The notes beneath the pieces are model-generated. The model was given only the letters and a program-made list of their open reading frames with translations, searched no databases and was not told where the DNA came from. Below, piece by piece: positions 13,655-25,887 of a stretch of 47,555 bases of DNA. The translations under genes were made by a program, and so were the position numbers. The stretch is from Octopus bimaculoides (Eukaryota): positions 4,988,537 to 5,036,091 of the forward strand of contig NC_069004.1 of the NCBI RefSeq assembly GCF_001194135.2. The letters are read 5' to 3'. Every line of letters starts with the position of its first letter. Within the stretch, counting starts at the first letter, position 1.

Positions 13655-14040
13655 CTTATCCAGAAAAGGCATGTGTTTGAAGTCTCCAGGATGAATTTCC
13701 TAGCAGGCAAACAAGTTGAGAAGAGTTCTCTTCTACTTAAAACATTGCTAGGTATGGTTAATTCCTTAACATTTCCAATAGTAAGTTTCATTTACGGCGA
13801 CAACCATAATATTTGCAAGCGTTCCGTTTCAAGGCAATTCCTCGATCTTTCAGCAGTCTGACGTATTTTGACACCGAGGAAGAGTTTTGCCTAAATACAA
13901 TCTCATTCGTATTTTGAAAAAGCCCTCTCGTCATTTATGTATAGTCTACGAATAAGAGCACGATAGATGCACTTAAGTTAAGAGAAAACCACAATAGATG
14001 CGCTTAAGTTAAGGGAACATTTCTGTGAAGCTTTAGAACT
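13655..14040 (-). mobile_element. Probable Penelope-like element remnant (GIY-YIG endonuclease C-terminal region), frameshifted
   Basis: Minus-strand pieces in order: KCSLNLSASIVV (cf. CPLNG.CL..SIVY), YI..MTRGLF (cf. YIG.TEG.FK.R), SSVSKYVRLLKDRGI (cf. TELSKYIW.LKD), NVLSRRELLSTCLPARKFIL (cf. LLN.RSEL.S.C.H..KF.L). Consensus recalled from memory. Confidence 0.55.
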
Positions 14041-15035
14041 TCGCTGTTACTGAAAATTAATTAGCGAATTATTACATGCGGTCAGGAGATGGTTAAAGAA
14101 ATAATATACTCTCAAGACAGAGGCAAAAGAATCCAGATCAAAACACCAACTTCTTTATTGGTTAAGGTAACACAACAGAAAAAGAAATAGACTACTACTG
14201 TCACAGCTTAATATTAAAATATACGCAGAATATATTCTACAGGTTTACTTCAGAGATATCTTGTATCAATCTATTACAAATTATTATCTATAGATAAATA
14301 GATAGATAGATAGATAGATATAAAAACCTTACTCTTTTCTCTCTCCCTGTCTCTTTTTCTCTTTATATAGACATGTATATATGTGTGTGTGAGTGTGTCT
14401 ACATATATGCATGTATGTATGTNNNNNNNNNNNNNNNNNNNNNNNNNNNNNNNNNNNNNNNNNNNNNNNNNNNNNNNNNNNNNNNNNNNNNNNNNNNNNN
14501 NNNNNNNNNNNATATATATATATATATATATAAAATATATATGTATACATATAAACATACATATATGTGATTGTATTTGTTAATGCTTGTACGTATATAT
14601 AACATACATATGTATCAGTATGTGTACATGTATATAAAATACTATAATATACATACGTATTTAGATGCAGCTACGCACATGGACAAACTCGTATATGTAC
14701 AAATATATGCGTGTGTGTGCATATGTATGTATTTATATGTGTCTATATAGAGGTGTGTATGTGTGTGTGTGTGCTCGTGCGTGTATGTGTTTGTGTGTGT
14801 GCAAGTAAGACATTAAAGATGGTGCCTTACCGTTTATTGTCCATGAGTTTTTCTTTTATCCCCTCAGAACCAGGTATTTGCAAAATACTAATAATTGCTA
14901 TGGCAAATTATTCCGCAGTTAATGGAAACTTGGTGTAACGAAACCTATGTCAATTTATACTGCCATACACACACGCGCACACACACACTTATATATATAT
15001 GTCTGTATATACGCATTTATGTATGTGTATAATTG

Positions 15036-15103
<68 letters not shown>

Positions 15104-15106
15104 CAC

Positions 15107-15144
<38 letters not shown>

Positions 15145-16396
15145 CTATACATATATATATACNNNNNNNNNNNNNNNNNNNNNNNNNNNNNNNNNNNNNN
15201 NNNNNNNNNNNNNNNNNNNNNNNNNNNNNNNNNNNNNNNNNNNNNNNNNNNNNNNNNNNNNNNNNNNNNNNNNNNNNNNNNNNNNNNNNNNNNNNNNNNN
15301 NNNNNNNNNNNNNNNNNNNNNNNNNNNNNNNNNNNNNNNNNNNNNNNNNNNNNNNNNNNNNNNNNNNNNNNNNNNNNNNNNNNNNNNNNNNNNNNNNNNN
15401 NNNNNNNNNNNNNNNNNNNNNNNNNNNNNNNNNNNNNNNNNNNNNNNNNNNNNNNNNNNNNNNNNNNNNNNNNNNNNNNNATGTATATACCTATGTATAT
15501 ACACAAATATATATATACATATATATATGCATTTGTATATATAATATAAATACATATACATCATATATACAATATACACACATATATACGTATATATAAA
15601 TACATATATATTTTGTATATATATATATGTATATATAATATAAATACATATATATCATATATACAATATACACACATATCACATATATACACATATATAA
15701 ACACATATTTTTTTTTTACAGAAATCTTTTACACATAAATATATGCGTAGGTATATATCTGTGCAAATGCACGTACATATGCATGTGTGTGTGTGCGTAA
15801 TAAGCATGTAATGTGCGGCTGTAGTAACAAGAGAAATTGTTGCTCGGTTCTGTGTACTTTTTAATTACCTTCCAGCTATCGACACTAACAAGATATATGA
15901 GATTCTCAAAAATGGAACGAAATAAATCTACGTTAGTCTTTCTAGGACAAATTATGTCTCGTAATGTATTCCATACTTTCACATAATTTGTTTTGTGTCC
16001 CCTATCCCAGATGGGTTTTATGTATCTTTCTATTTGCTAAGTCATGCTTGAATACACACACAGAACAGACATAAACACACATACACGCATATAGGTTAGT
16101 TAATACACACACATACGAATATATATATTTATATATTCTTACACCTATCCATGTGTGGTATATATACCTACATGCACACACACACACACACACACATATA
16201 TATACATTGCTAGATGTTAACGACTAGTGAAGTTCTTCGCATGACTATAAACTGCATCATGCAGTGCGATCTTGGTTTGAGAGTTCAAGCCTCTTGAGAA
16301 TTGTATTTTCCCCAGGTTTACTTTGAATGACAGTTCGATGCAAACCACTTCTTTTCAGATTCGAAGGGTTGATAGAGCCTCGTTTGATCAGAATGG

Positions 16397-16515
16397 TTTC
16401 AAATTTTGGCACAAGGACAACAATTTCGGGGTAGGGATTGAGTCTATTTTGTCGACTCCAGTGCTCAACTGGTACTTATTTTATCGACCTCGAAATTATG
16501 AAAGGCATTGCGGCC
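16397..16515 (-). mobile_element. SINE family A, 3' half
   Basis: The reverse complement contains tttcataatttcgaggtcgataaaataagtaccagttgagcactggagtcga..cttgtgccaaaatttgaaa. Confidence 0.8.
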
Positions 16516-16649
16516 ATACCCAGCCTTAGCACAGTGTTTGGTAGTAAACCCTAAGAAAAATTGAGAGTCGAAGCCTCGGAAGCATGTAGACCTTTGATAT
16601 TATGTACACCTTCTTTCTGGCTAATCCTGCAACGATGCTAGTACCGTAT

Positions 16650-16835
16650 TGTAACGGCCGTGCTGTTTCTTTGGACCTGTCAGGGATGTGGAGGGGAGGG
16701 AAACCCTGCATATGCAACAACCTGTCCTCTGTACCCACCTACCTCTGACCCCTACCAAACACTTTACAGTGGAGAGTTTCCAATTGGACGGACAACTAGG
16801 AACTTCATCTTTGGTCATTCATGATAGAAGGAAGC
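16650..16835 (+). mobile_element. Degenerate SINE family C 3' part
   Basis: ttgga..gtggaggggagg and ggtcattcatgatagaagg match 45670-45808. Confidence 0.45.
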
Positions 16836-16876
16836 CATTGCAATGGCTAACCTGTCATATATCATAATGGCTTCAT

Positions 16877-17036
16877 AATTTTGCACAAGGGCAGCAACTT
16901 TTGGAGGAAGGGGTAATTTGAACACATCGACTCCAACACTCAATAATTTGTACTTATTTTGTCGCCTCTGGTGAAATTTGAACTCAAGAAGTAAGAAGCG
17001 GAAGAAATGCTACTAAGCAATTTCTCCGTCTTACCG
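16877..17036 (-). mobile_element. SINE family A, internally deleted copy
   Basis: The reverse complement contains gagttcaaatt (B box), gacaaaataagtac, gtcgatg and cccttgtgcaaaatt. Confidence 0.7.
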
Positions 17037-17905
17037 TCTTAGTGTCAGCCTTAGCGCCAGATATTATAATGATTCGAGACGACACAGAGATTCGTGTATG
17101 AATACCAAGCAGCGTTAGAACAATAGAATGTATGATATAATAACAGAATGGTGATATAATAAGGAAGAATCGCGTTCAATGATTCAACAGAAGGTCGTTG
17201 AACCGGAGTGTTTTTGTCATCTAAGATGGAGTTGCAGTGTTTCTGCTAATAACGGTGCGTGTAAAATTTTATACTCTTATAACGGAACCTTATCGTGTTG
17301 GAAAATGGTTTCAGGAAAACATGCATTTACTGAGTTAATGAAGATCTAGTCAGATGCAAAATTAAATTCAGTGAATCTATTGATCTTGCAATGGAGAGAG
17401 ATTAGCGGCGGAAAGCGATTGTCTCTACGGCAAATGAAGAGGCTATCAAAGAAGGCGTTCTGCTGGTAATAATATAAAAATAAGTTATAGTACATCGCTG
17501 GCAGAGATAAAAGTATTTGCAGAATATAGGTCGGACACAAAAAAATGTCAACTCAAGTGATTGGCAAATACTCAACATTGAACACAGAGTGCTTCAACTG
17601 GGAAATCTTCTATGCATTCATTTAATACGCAAGAAATAATAGTCAATATGACTTCATTCAAATTCTACTGGTTTGAAAAGAGGGCCGGTTGAGTTGATTA
17701 ATGCATTCCTATATAAATAACATGTGTAGAAAAGAGGTGGTTATGGTTGAAATGCATGTAATAATCTTCTCGATCTAAGCTGACCTGGAGTGGAAAAACT
17801 TCACCGCTTCTACCACCGTAGACATACTGTGTTCTGACGCTTTATTTTCTTTCCTTATTATAGCATCTGATCCCCAGAACAAGTTACCTAGATGCATGTA
17901 ACTTC

Positions 17906-17972
<67 letters not shown>

Positions 17973-18013
17973 NNNNNNNNNNNNNNNNNNNNNNNNNNNN
18001 NNNNNNNNNNNNN

Positions 18014-18079
<66 letters not shown>

Positions 18080-18999
18080 TTTCCAGGGCCCGCGCACTAA
18101 CTACTTTAATATGGTATAAAATGGTATGAAATGATGCCACATGCGTAGGACTACTTTTATTTGTACAAAAAAGATGGATGTGGTAAAGATCGGGTGTAGT
18201 GAGATTCGATGATAAGTAAGAATGCAAGGAAGATATGCGAAATAAGAAGAAAAAGCGCATACAGTACAGTACAGATGCAAATATGCACACACACACACAC
18301 ACATACACACACACACACACTCATATATATATATAATGAGAGAGACGGAAGATGGAAGAGAATCTATATTGATTACTACAATTGTTTCGATCCATCTAGT
18401 ATCGATCCCTCGCGACTGGTTCAGGAGTATCCCTAGGTCTCCTCGGGTGATTTCAAGCGGCACCTCTTTAAAATGAACTATCTTTTGCGATATTTCTTCT
18501 TAGCTCTAATCCTTCCTACTGGGTATAGGCATGTCTTTTAGCGAGACGCCGAGTGTCATTTTTTGCCATCTTCATGGAACACTACCTTAAAACACTTTAC
18601 TCCCGGGAACCGGATAAGGGCTGTAGTTATTCGATAGAAGTGTGTATATGTATATATATCATTTATGCGGGTTTTTCATCTCCCTTTTTCTCAATTTCTT
18701 GTTTTGCAAACAGTCTTTATTAAGTCGTCAAATACGAAAACAAACATTATCTATAGTACAGCTGTCATATCATGGAGTGGGCTAAATGTCAAGTATAGAT
18801 TGATATCCGTAAAAGTGAGAATGGATTAAGAAGGATTTCGGGTCAAAGGTCAAGTAGTTGTTGATATTTATAATATTTTTTATCTTGTCCTGAAGTGAAT
18901 ATCAATAGCAATCATGCGTATAACGACCACAAACATACATACAGATACGAAAACGATGTGCAGCAATTTTATCATGTGTGTGCGCGCGTGTGTGTATGC

Positions 19000-19080
<81 letters not shown>

Positions 19081-19257
19081 TAACTACAGAAAAACGTACA
19101 CTCAAACACACATGCACTCATTGCAATACACAGATATATGTCGTGTGCGTATGCATGTACGTATGTGTATGTATATGTGTGGGGGTGTACACTAAATACG
19201 CCTAGGGTGTTAGAAAACATACATTGCTTGAAATTTGAACTAAAACGATTTAATACA

Positions 19258-19289
19258 GTAGTTAACGCACATTTATGTGCGTTAACTAC
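19258..19289. repeat. Perfect 15-bp inverted repeat with 2-nt spacer
   Basis: gtagttaacgcacat-tt-atgtgcgttaactac. Confidence 0.95.
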
Positions 19290-19404
19290 ACCATTAGAGT
19301 GTTTTGGCTCTTATTTCTAGCAATGTAGGTGTTTTGAACTTCCCTCGTCGCATTTAGCGACCTTTGTAATCATCCTTTTTGGTGAAACGTTACAAACTGC
19401 TGTT

Positions 19405-19435
<31 letters not shown>

Positions 19436-19935
19436 CATATATATGTATATATTATATTGTGTTTGGGAAGAGTCAAATATAAAAATGAAATATGTATATA
19501 TATATATATATATATATGCACATAGCACGTACACAGACCTTTATATATAAGCACTCGTAAATACATGATAAAATACAATCAGTGTGTTGTCTGTTTCTCA
19601 TCAGAAGTTTCTAGATATAAACATAACAGTGAATGGAAAACCAACATCAATATTCATCATAAAAAAAATAGCTTCATTCATAAAATTACATTTTACAACA
19701 CCAGCAGAGTTTTATGAATGGTTCTCGTCAACTATACAACATGAAAACAATTATTTGCTTAGATATAAACTTCTCTCTTGTCTTAACATTTCAAAATGTT
19801 TTCGCATTTTTGTAACGGTTTTTGGAATATTTCCTGATTTAGAAAATAGGAAAAAAGTACACAAGAAAAATTTGCCGCGAAATAATACAGAATAATAAAC
19901 ATTAATACAAAACAATATATATGTATGTATGTATG

Positions 19936-20006
<71 letters not shown>

Positions 20007-20372
20007 ATATAGATCGNNNNNNNNNNNNNNNNNNNNNNNNNNNNNNNNNNNNNNNNNNNNNNNNNNNNNNNNNNNNNNNNNNNNNNNNNNNNNNNNNNNN
20101 NNNNNNNNNNNNNNNNNNNNNNNNNNNNNNNNNNNNNNNNNNNNNNNNNNNNNNNNNNNNNNNNNNNNNNNNNNNNNNNNNNNNNNNNNNNNNNNNNNNN
20201 NNNNNNNNNNNNNNNNNNNNNNNNNNNNNNNNNNNNNNNNNNNNNNNNNNNNNNNNNNNNNNNNNNNNNNNNNNNNNNNNNNNNNNNNNNNNNNNNNNNN
20301 NNNNNNNNNNNNNNNNNNNNNNNNNNNNNNNNNNNNNNNNNNNNNNNNNNNNNNNNNNNNNNNNNNNNNNNN

Positions 20373-20409
<37 letters not shown>

Positions 20410-21702
20410 TATGTACTTGTACCACGTCTTCGCGTTGTTGTTTTTGTCTTGCTTGTTCTTGTTTGGAGTGACTATATGTATATATGTGTGTGTGTGTGTA
20501 TGTGTGTATATATATATACGCATATGTATATACATATATGCGTGTGCGTGTGTGTGTGTATGTGTGTGCGTGCGTGTGTGCGCGTGTATATCCATGCATG
20601 TATATATATATTTCTTATTCTTCTTGCCTACCAACACTCTCTCTTAAAGGTGCGAAGCAAGTTTCAATAAAGAAACATAGCTACATCATTGACGCTTAGG
20701 TAGCAAAAACTATATGCATTACAAAGCAAACTTTAAGAACGTTTCCCGTATTTTTATTGTTCCACTTACAGATTGTATCTGAAAGTTACTGCTAACAAGT
20801 TTCTTGCTTTGTTTCAAACATCTACCTCTTCCATATTGTGGTTTAGCCATTTACTAACATTTCCGACAACGCCTATGATTATTTGTAGAATTATATATTT
20901 AAGTTATAATCACGATAGAGACGTTGAAGATTTGGAAACGGTTTGTCTACTGACATTTTCCTTCTCGCTACGTTTGAAAGATATGTTCACATCCGTTTAG
21001 CAATTTATCTCTCTGCGTGGACATGCTTATTTTTGTTCTATTTATGTTAATTTCATGTTGACATAGTATATCCTGTCCTAGCTTGTCTCTGAAATATACC
21101 ACTCGTGGGTAGATGAGCTTTGAGATTTTGGGCAAGCCTCATTAGGCCTAAAATTTCAGTCCGGTCAAGCGGGAGGGAGCTGCGGTGAGCATGGAAGCTC
21201 AAGGCGCGAGACCGAATGAAGCCGACCACGGGTGCAATAAACCCCATATGTGTCCGTCTGAAAATGTTTGAATATCAAATGCTAAATAAATCGCGTTTTC
21301 TTGTGCAAATACGCAAGTAAATGTGTGAAATGTGTCTCTCTATTTTGTCTGCGTGTATTTGTTTGTCTGTGTGTCCGAGAGAGAGGGAGGGAGAGAGAAA
21401 GAAAGAGATGCGAGGAAGAGAGATAGAGAGTCCAGCATCGGCGTGCTCTCACGTAATAGCTTTGCGATGTGCGTGTGTGTTGATAATGTGACACTGGTGA
21501 GTCATTGTAGATCGGAGCGTATCACAAATGACCGGATAGCCTTCAGATTAACAGCACAGACAGTTATTGGCTGTAAGACATGTGTGAGTGTGTGAATGTG
21601 TATGGCATATTATATATATATTATATATGGTATATATAATATATATTACATATCATTGAATATATGCATTTATATATATATATATATATACATATATACG
21701 CT

Positions 21703-21748
21703 GAGACCCCCTTCGGTCATGACTGACCATGGGATTGCACCTAGAAAG
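21703..21748 (-). mobile_element. SINE family C, 3' terminal fragment
   Basis: The reverse complement ctttctaggtgcaatcccatggtcagtcatgaccgaagggggtctc matches 45770-45810. Confidence 0.8.
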
Positions 21749-22403
21749 TGAGAGGGGAGGGAGAGAAGAGGTTGATTGAAAGAGAGAGACGTAAAGAGTG
21801 ACATACAACAGAAAGATGACAAGCTGACACAAAAGAAAAAAACTGACAGGAAGACGAAGAGAAACAGTTACAGAAAGAGAAAAACACAAAAAGATATAGA
21901 AAGAGTCAGAGAAAGCGGGAGGAGCAGAGAGAGGGAGAGAGGGGGACAAAGAGAATGAGAGATATTGATAGAAAGAGACAGAGAGACTGACTGAGAGATA
22001 CCTAGAGATGAAGCATAGAAACTACGGTGTTTAATATTCGGAAATAACTTCTAAGTTTCACTCGAGCAAACAGCACTATGCTCTTTGGCAAGGGATGAGA
22101 AGCGTTAGAAAATCTAGCGAGACACGAAAAGCGGTGGTGGTCACGGTCGGAAACCTTTAGATGTATATGTGCAGATATGATAAGAATCGCACACGCACAC
22201 ACCCAGACACACAGATACAAAAACACACACACACCATACATACATGCATACATACGTACATTCGAACAAGCAAGAATGCCCGTGAGACGAACAGAGATTC
22301 AAAAACCACAAAAATCTCACAGGTATGCTTAATGTATTCCATACATACGCATACATAGCAGCATACAGGTTTTTCATTGACGTATACACAATAAGAACGA
22401 AAC

Positions 22404-22459
<56 letters not shown>

Positions 22460-22863
22460 AGCAAACACACGCACGCACACCTACAAACAAGCATACACAC
22501 GAAGACAAACGTAGACGGAAATATCTCAATAATGCAAAAAATCTCACGGATACAGACACACACGCACTCACACACACGCACTCACACACACAAACACACA
22601 AACGTACACTAACATACTGATAGTCATACGCGAAAGTATTCTCATAGATTCACACTGACACACACATACTCGCACAAGAAAACAATACACAAGCATACAT
22701 ACATACATATATACATATATGCATACATACATACATACATACATACATACATACGTACACNNNNNNNNNNNNNNNNNNNNNNNNNNNNNNNNNNNNNNNN
22801 NNNNNNNNNNNNNNNNNNNNNNNNNNNNNNNNNNNNNNNNNNNNNNNNNNNNNNNNNNNNNNT

Positions 22864-23456
22864 ATACACACATACTCACACATATAAACACATATTCACA
22901 CATATACACACATACTCATACATACACACACACACACACTTACACACATAGATACACACTCACACACATATACACACACCCACACATATATACACACACT
23001 CACACATATACACACATACCTTTAGATACACACATTTACACATATGTATCCACACACTCACATATGCACACACATTCACACACATATACATACACTCACA
23101 CATATACACACACATTCACATATATACACACACATTCACACATATAAACACACACTCACACATAAACATTCCCACACATATACACACACGCTCACACATA
23201 AACATCCCACACATCTACACATATACACACATACTCACTCATATAAATATGCAATTATACATATACACACACGCTCACACATAAACATTCCCACACAAAT
23301 ACACACACAGATATACACACACACATAGAGACACACACACTCGCACATATTCCCACACATCTACACATATACGCACATACTCACTCATATAAATATGCAA
23401 TTACACATATACACACACACTCACACACATAAACACGCATTCACACATTCACACAT

Positions 23457-23495
<39 letters not shown>
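22864..23495. repeat. Degenerate AC/AT-rich low-complexity tract with an internal duplication of about 65 bp (23206-23270 and 23352-23418)
   Basis: cccacacatctacacatatac(a/g)cacatactcactcatataaatatgcaatta occurs twice, period 146. Confidence 0.85.
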
Positions 23496-23496
<1 letters not shown>

Positions 23497-23562
23497 CACA
23501 CCAATATTAAAGGAAGACCAAGACGACGCGGTTTTGTTTGACAGCAGACCTCCATCTTTCAA

Positions 23563-23802
23563 ATGAAATCGCACAGAACTCCTGCCTTCTTCGCCTCTCT
23601 ATTGTTATCGGTTGTCTCGTTGTGCAAGATGGCCGCTGCGCTGTCCTACTTTGATGAGATTTCAACCGACGCCATATTGTATATATTGTTTAATCTTTGT
23701 TATGCATTGATCATTAGGAGTAGCGTCAACATTGTTATTAATTTTCGGATCCACATCTGTCAAGAACGTCTGCTTCCTCTGCGTTTCCACAAATTAAAAT
23801 GA
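23563..23802 (+). CDS. Candidate short ORF or first coding exon with a signal-peptide-like N-terminus (unverified)
   Basis: MKSHRTPAFFASLLLSVVSLCKMAAA/LSYFDEISTD.. has a basic n-region, a hydrophobic h-region and small residues at a possible cleavage site, in a CpG-rich patch. No strong donor (only GTATAT at 23679); no homology recognised. Confidence 0.2.
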   Translation: MKSHRTPAFFASLLLSVVSLCKMAAALSYFDEISTDAILYILFNLCYALIIRSSVNIVINFRIHICQERLLPLRFHKLK

Positions 23803-24237
23803 TTTCACACGTAAATGTGCATCCTGCTCAAAGACAGTTATTGCACTCTGACATCAGAGAGAAGCTAAAGATAAAACGATAACCACCTACGTCTACCACC
23901 ACTGCTACGACCACCAACAATAACAATATCACACCACCGACAACAACTACAACAAAAAGAATAACATTACCAACCGTACCACTACATCTAATAACAATAC
24001 TTTCAATGAAACAGTCTGTAGTTGCTAGAAACAGCAGCCTATTTTTATTTTATTTCTTACAAACTAAACCAACGGTTTCAAAAATAAAATAGGAATGGCA
24101 TAGAAGATTATGGAGTGAGATAGAATTTATCCCAGAGAGACCAGATGGCTACGGATGGAAAGGACATTAAACATAGGTCTGATCGTTCACGGTTAACTTG
24201 TGTTAACCAAGCATAGTAGTAACAAAACCTTGCTATT

Positions 24238-24406
24238 AACGGTATTTCGTCCGTCTTTACGTTCTGAGTTCAAATTCCGCCGAGGTCGACCTTTCGGGGC
24301 CGATAAATTAAGTACCAGTTGCGTAGTGGGGTCGATCTAATCATTTGGTCCCCTCCCAAAAAATTTCGAGCCTTGGGCCTAGAGGAGAAAATAATAATAA
24401 TAATAA
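24238..24406 (+). mobile_element. SINE family A (tRNA head with B box, Deu/Nin-like core, (AAT)n tail), small internal deletion
   Basis: tttcgtccgtctttacgttctgagttcaaattccgccgaggtcgac..gataaattaagtaccagttgcgtagtggggtcgatc..ccttgggcctagag. Confidence 0.9.
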
Positions 24407-24410
24407 GCCG

Positions 24411-24572
24411 ATTACAGCGACTCTAGTGATTCACGGAGTCTTATTTTATCGACCCCCGAAAAGATTAAATGCAACACCTTCCTTGGTGGAATTTGAACTC
24501 AAAACGTAAAGACGGACGAAAAGTCGTTAAACATTTTGTGGCTCAATGCAGTAACGTTTCTGCCAGGGCGCG
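24411..24572 (-). mobile_element. SINE family A, opposite orientation, tail-to-tail with the preceding copy
   Basis: The reverse complement of 24485-24521 is 35/37 identical to 24245-24281. Confidence 0.85.
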
Positions 24573-24583
24573 TCTACATTTAC

Positions 24584-24820
24584 AATAATAATAATTATTA
24601 TTATTATTATTACAATCCTTTCTTCTACAGGCACAAGGCCTGAAATTTTGGGGCTAGTAGATTTCATCGATCCCAGTACTCAACTGGTACTGGTTTCATC
24701 GACTGCGAACTGATAGCAAGCAAGGTCGACCTTAGCAGAATTCGAACTCAGTACATAAAGACAGACTAGATTCTGCTAAGCATTTTTCCCGGCGCGGTAC
24801 CGATTCTGCCAGGTCGCGTC
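24584..24820 (-). mobile_element. SINE family A, near full length with AAT/ATT-repeat tail
   Basis: The reverse complement reads ctggcagaatcggtacc..gagttcgaattc..gtcgacc..gtaccagttgagtactgggatcgat..ggccttgtgcctgtagaag. Confidence 0.85.
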
Positions 24821-25887
24821 AACTTTTATAATACTACTAATAATAATAATGATCATGATAATATCATGGAATCAATTCTAATGTTTACCCGAAGCTTTCA
24901 GATATCAAGAGAACAGTATAATAATTATTCTGTCAGTACTAAGCAACGATTGGTGTTGAAAGTGTTAAAAAGGGATTTTTCCAACGATCAATACCAAGGG
25001 AGTTTAATAATCCAATCAACACCTCATTATATTATATTAGTGTCAAGATATTGAGAGAATATTGAATCGATAAAGCAATATGATGTTAAGCATTAAGCTA
25101 GAACTCATTAAATATAGATAGAACCATTCTCAGAATGCTTGCATTGGTGCCAAAAGGAAATGCCGGCGTGTGAATGAATACTCACGCTTTCGCTGTCAGG
25201 TAGGAGAATTTTGATGTTGCAAGTGCATTTGAGATGAGGTGTTTCTGTGTATATAATTGTATATAAATGTATGTATATTGCATGTATATATATGCATACA
25301 TACATATATATACTTAAATTTATATGTGTGCATGAGTATATATGTATGTATGTATGTATGTATATGGAAGTCTTGAAAAAGGAAATGTTAGTAGCGCCGG
25401 TGAAGAGCTTCTTCAAATGCAGTCGCTGCATGCAAGATTCAGACTCCCGCGTGGGTCTGCGCAGCCGCAGTAGACGCTGCGCCACCATTGGCAGCTGACA
25501 CAAATTCTCCAGGCGCAGGTCCATGGTCTCGCGAAACCGACAGACGCTTATTTATAAATTCAGATAAATTTACATATACATTTATGTGTGTGTGTGTTTG
25601 TTTGTCTGTGTTTGTGTGTGTGTGTGCGTGCGTCTGTGTGCGTCTGTGTGCGTCTGTGAGTGTGAATGTGTGTCTACGCATGTGTACAGTTTAATAATGA
25701 TTATATAATTGTAAAATAAAAATAAAATAGTCATAAAAATCTGTAAAGAAAAAAACAATGAGAACACTCACTACGAGTATAGACTCAAACGTTATTATAG
25801 ATAGTAATGATTTTACTAACAGTGAGTTCGAAGTTTCACTGGTAGTGTCATCTCGTTCTTTAGTTCTTCATTAATTATCAGACATCA

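Noticed and set aside
17380-17480. Possible third mariner fragment (..STANEEAIKE..)
   Set aside because: Similarity too weak to support.
19584-19895. 103-codon open frame with a good acceptor at 19604 and a possible GTAACG donor at 19812
   Set aside because: No ATG start, no recognisable family, I/K/F/N-rich as expected for AT-rich noise; about one such frame is plausible by chance in this window.
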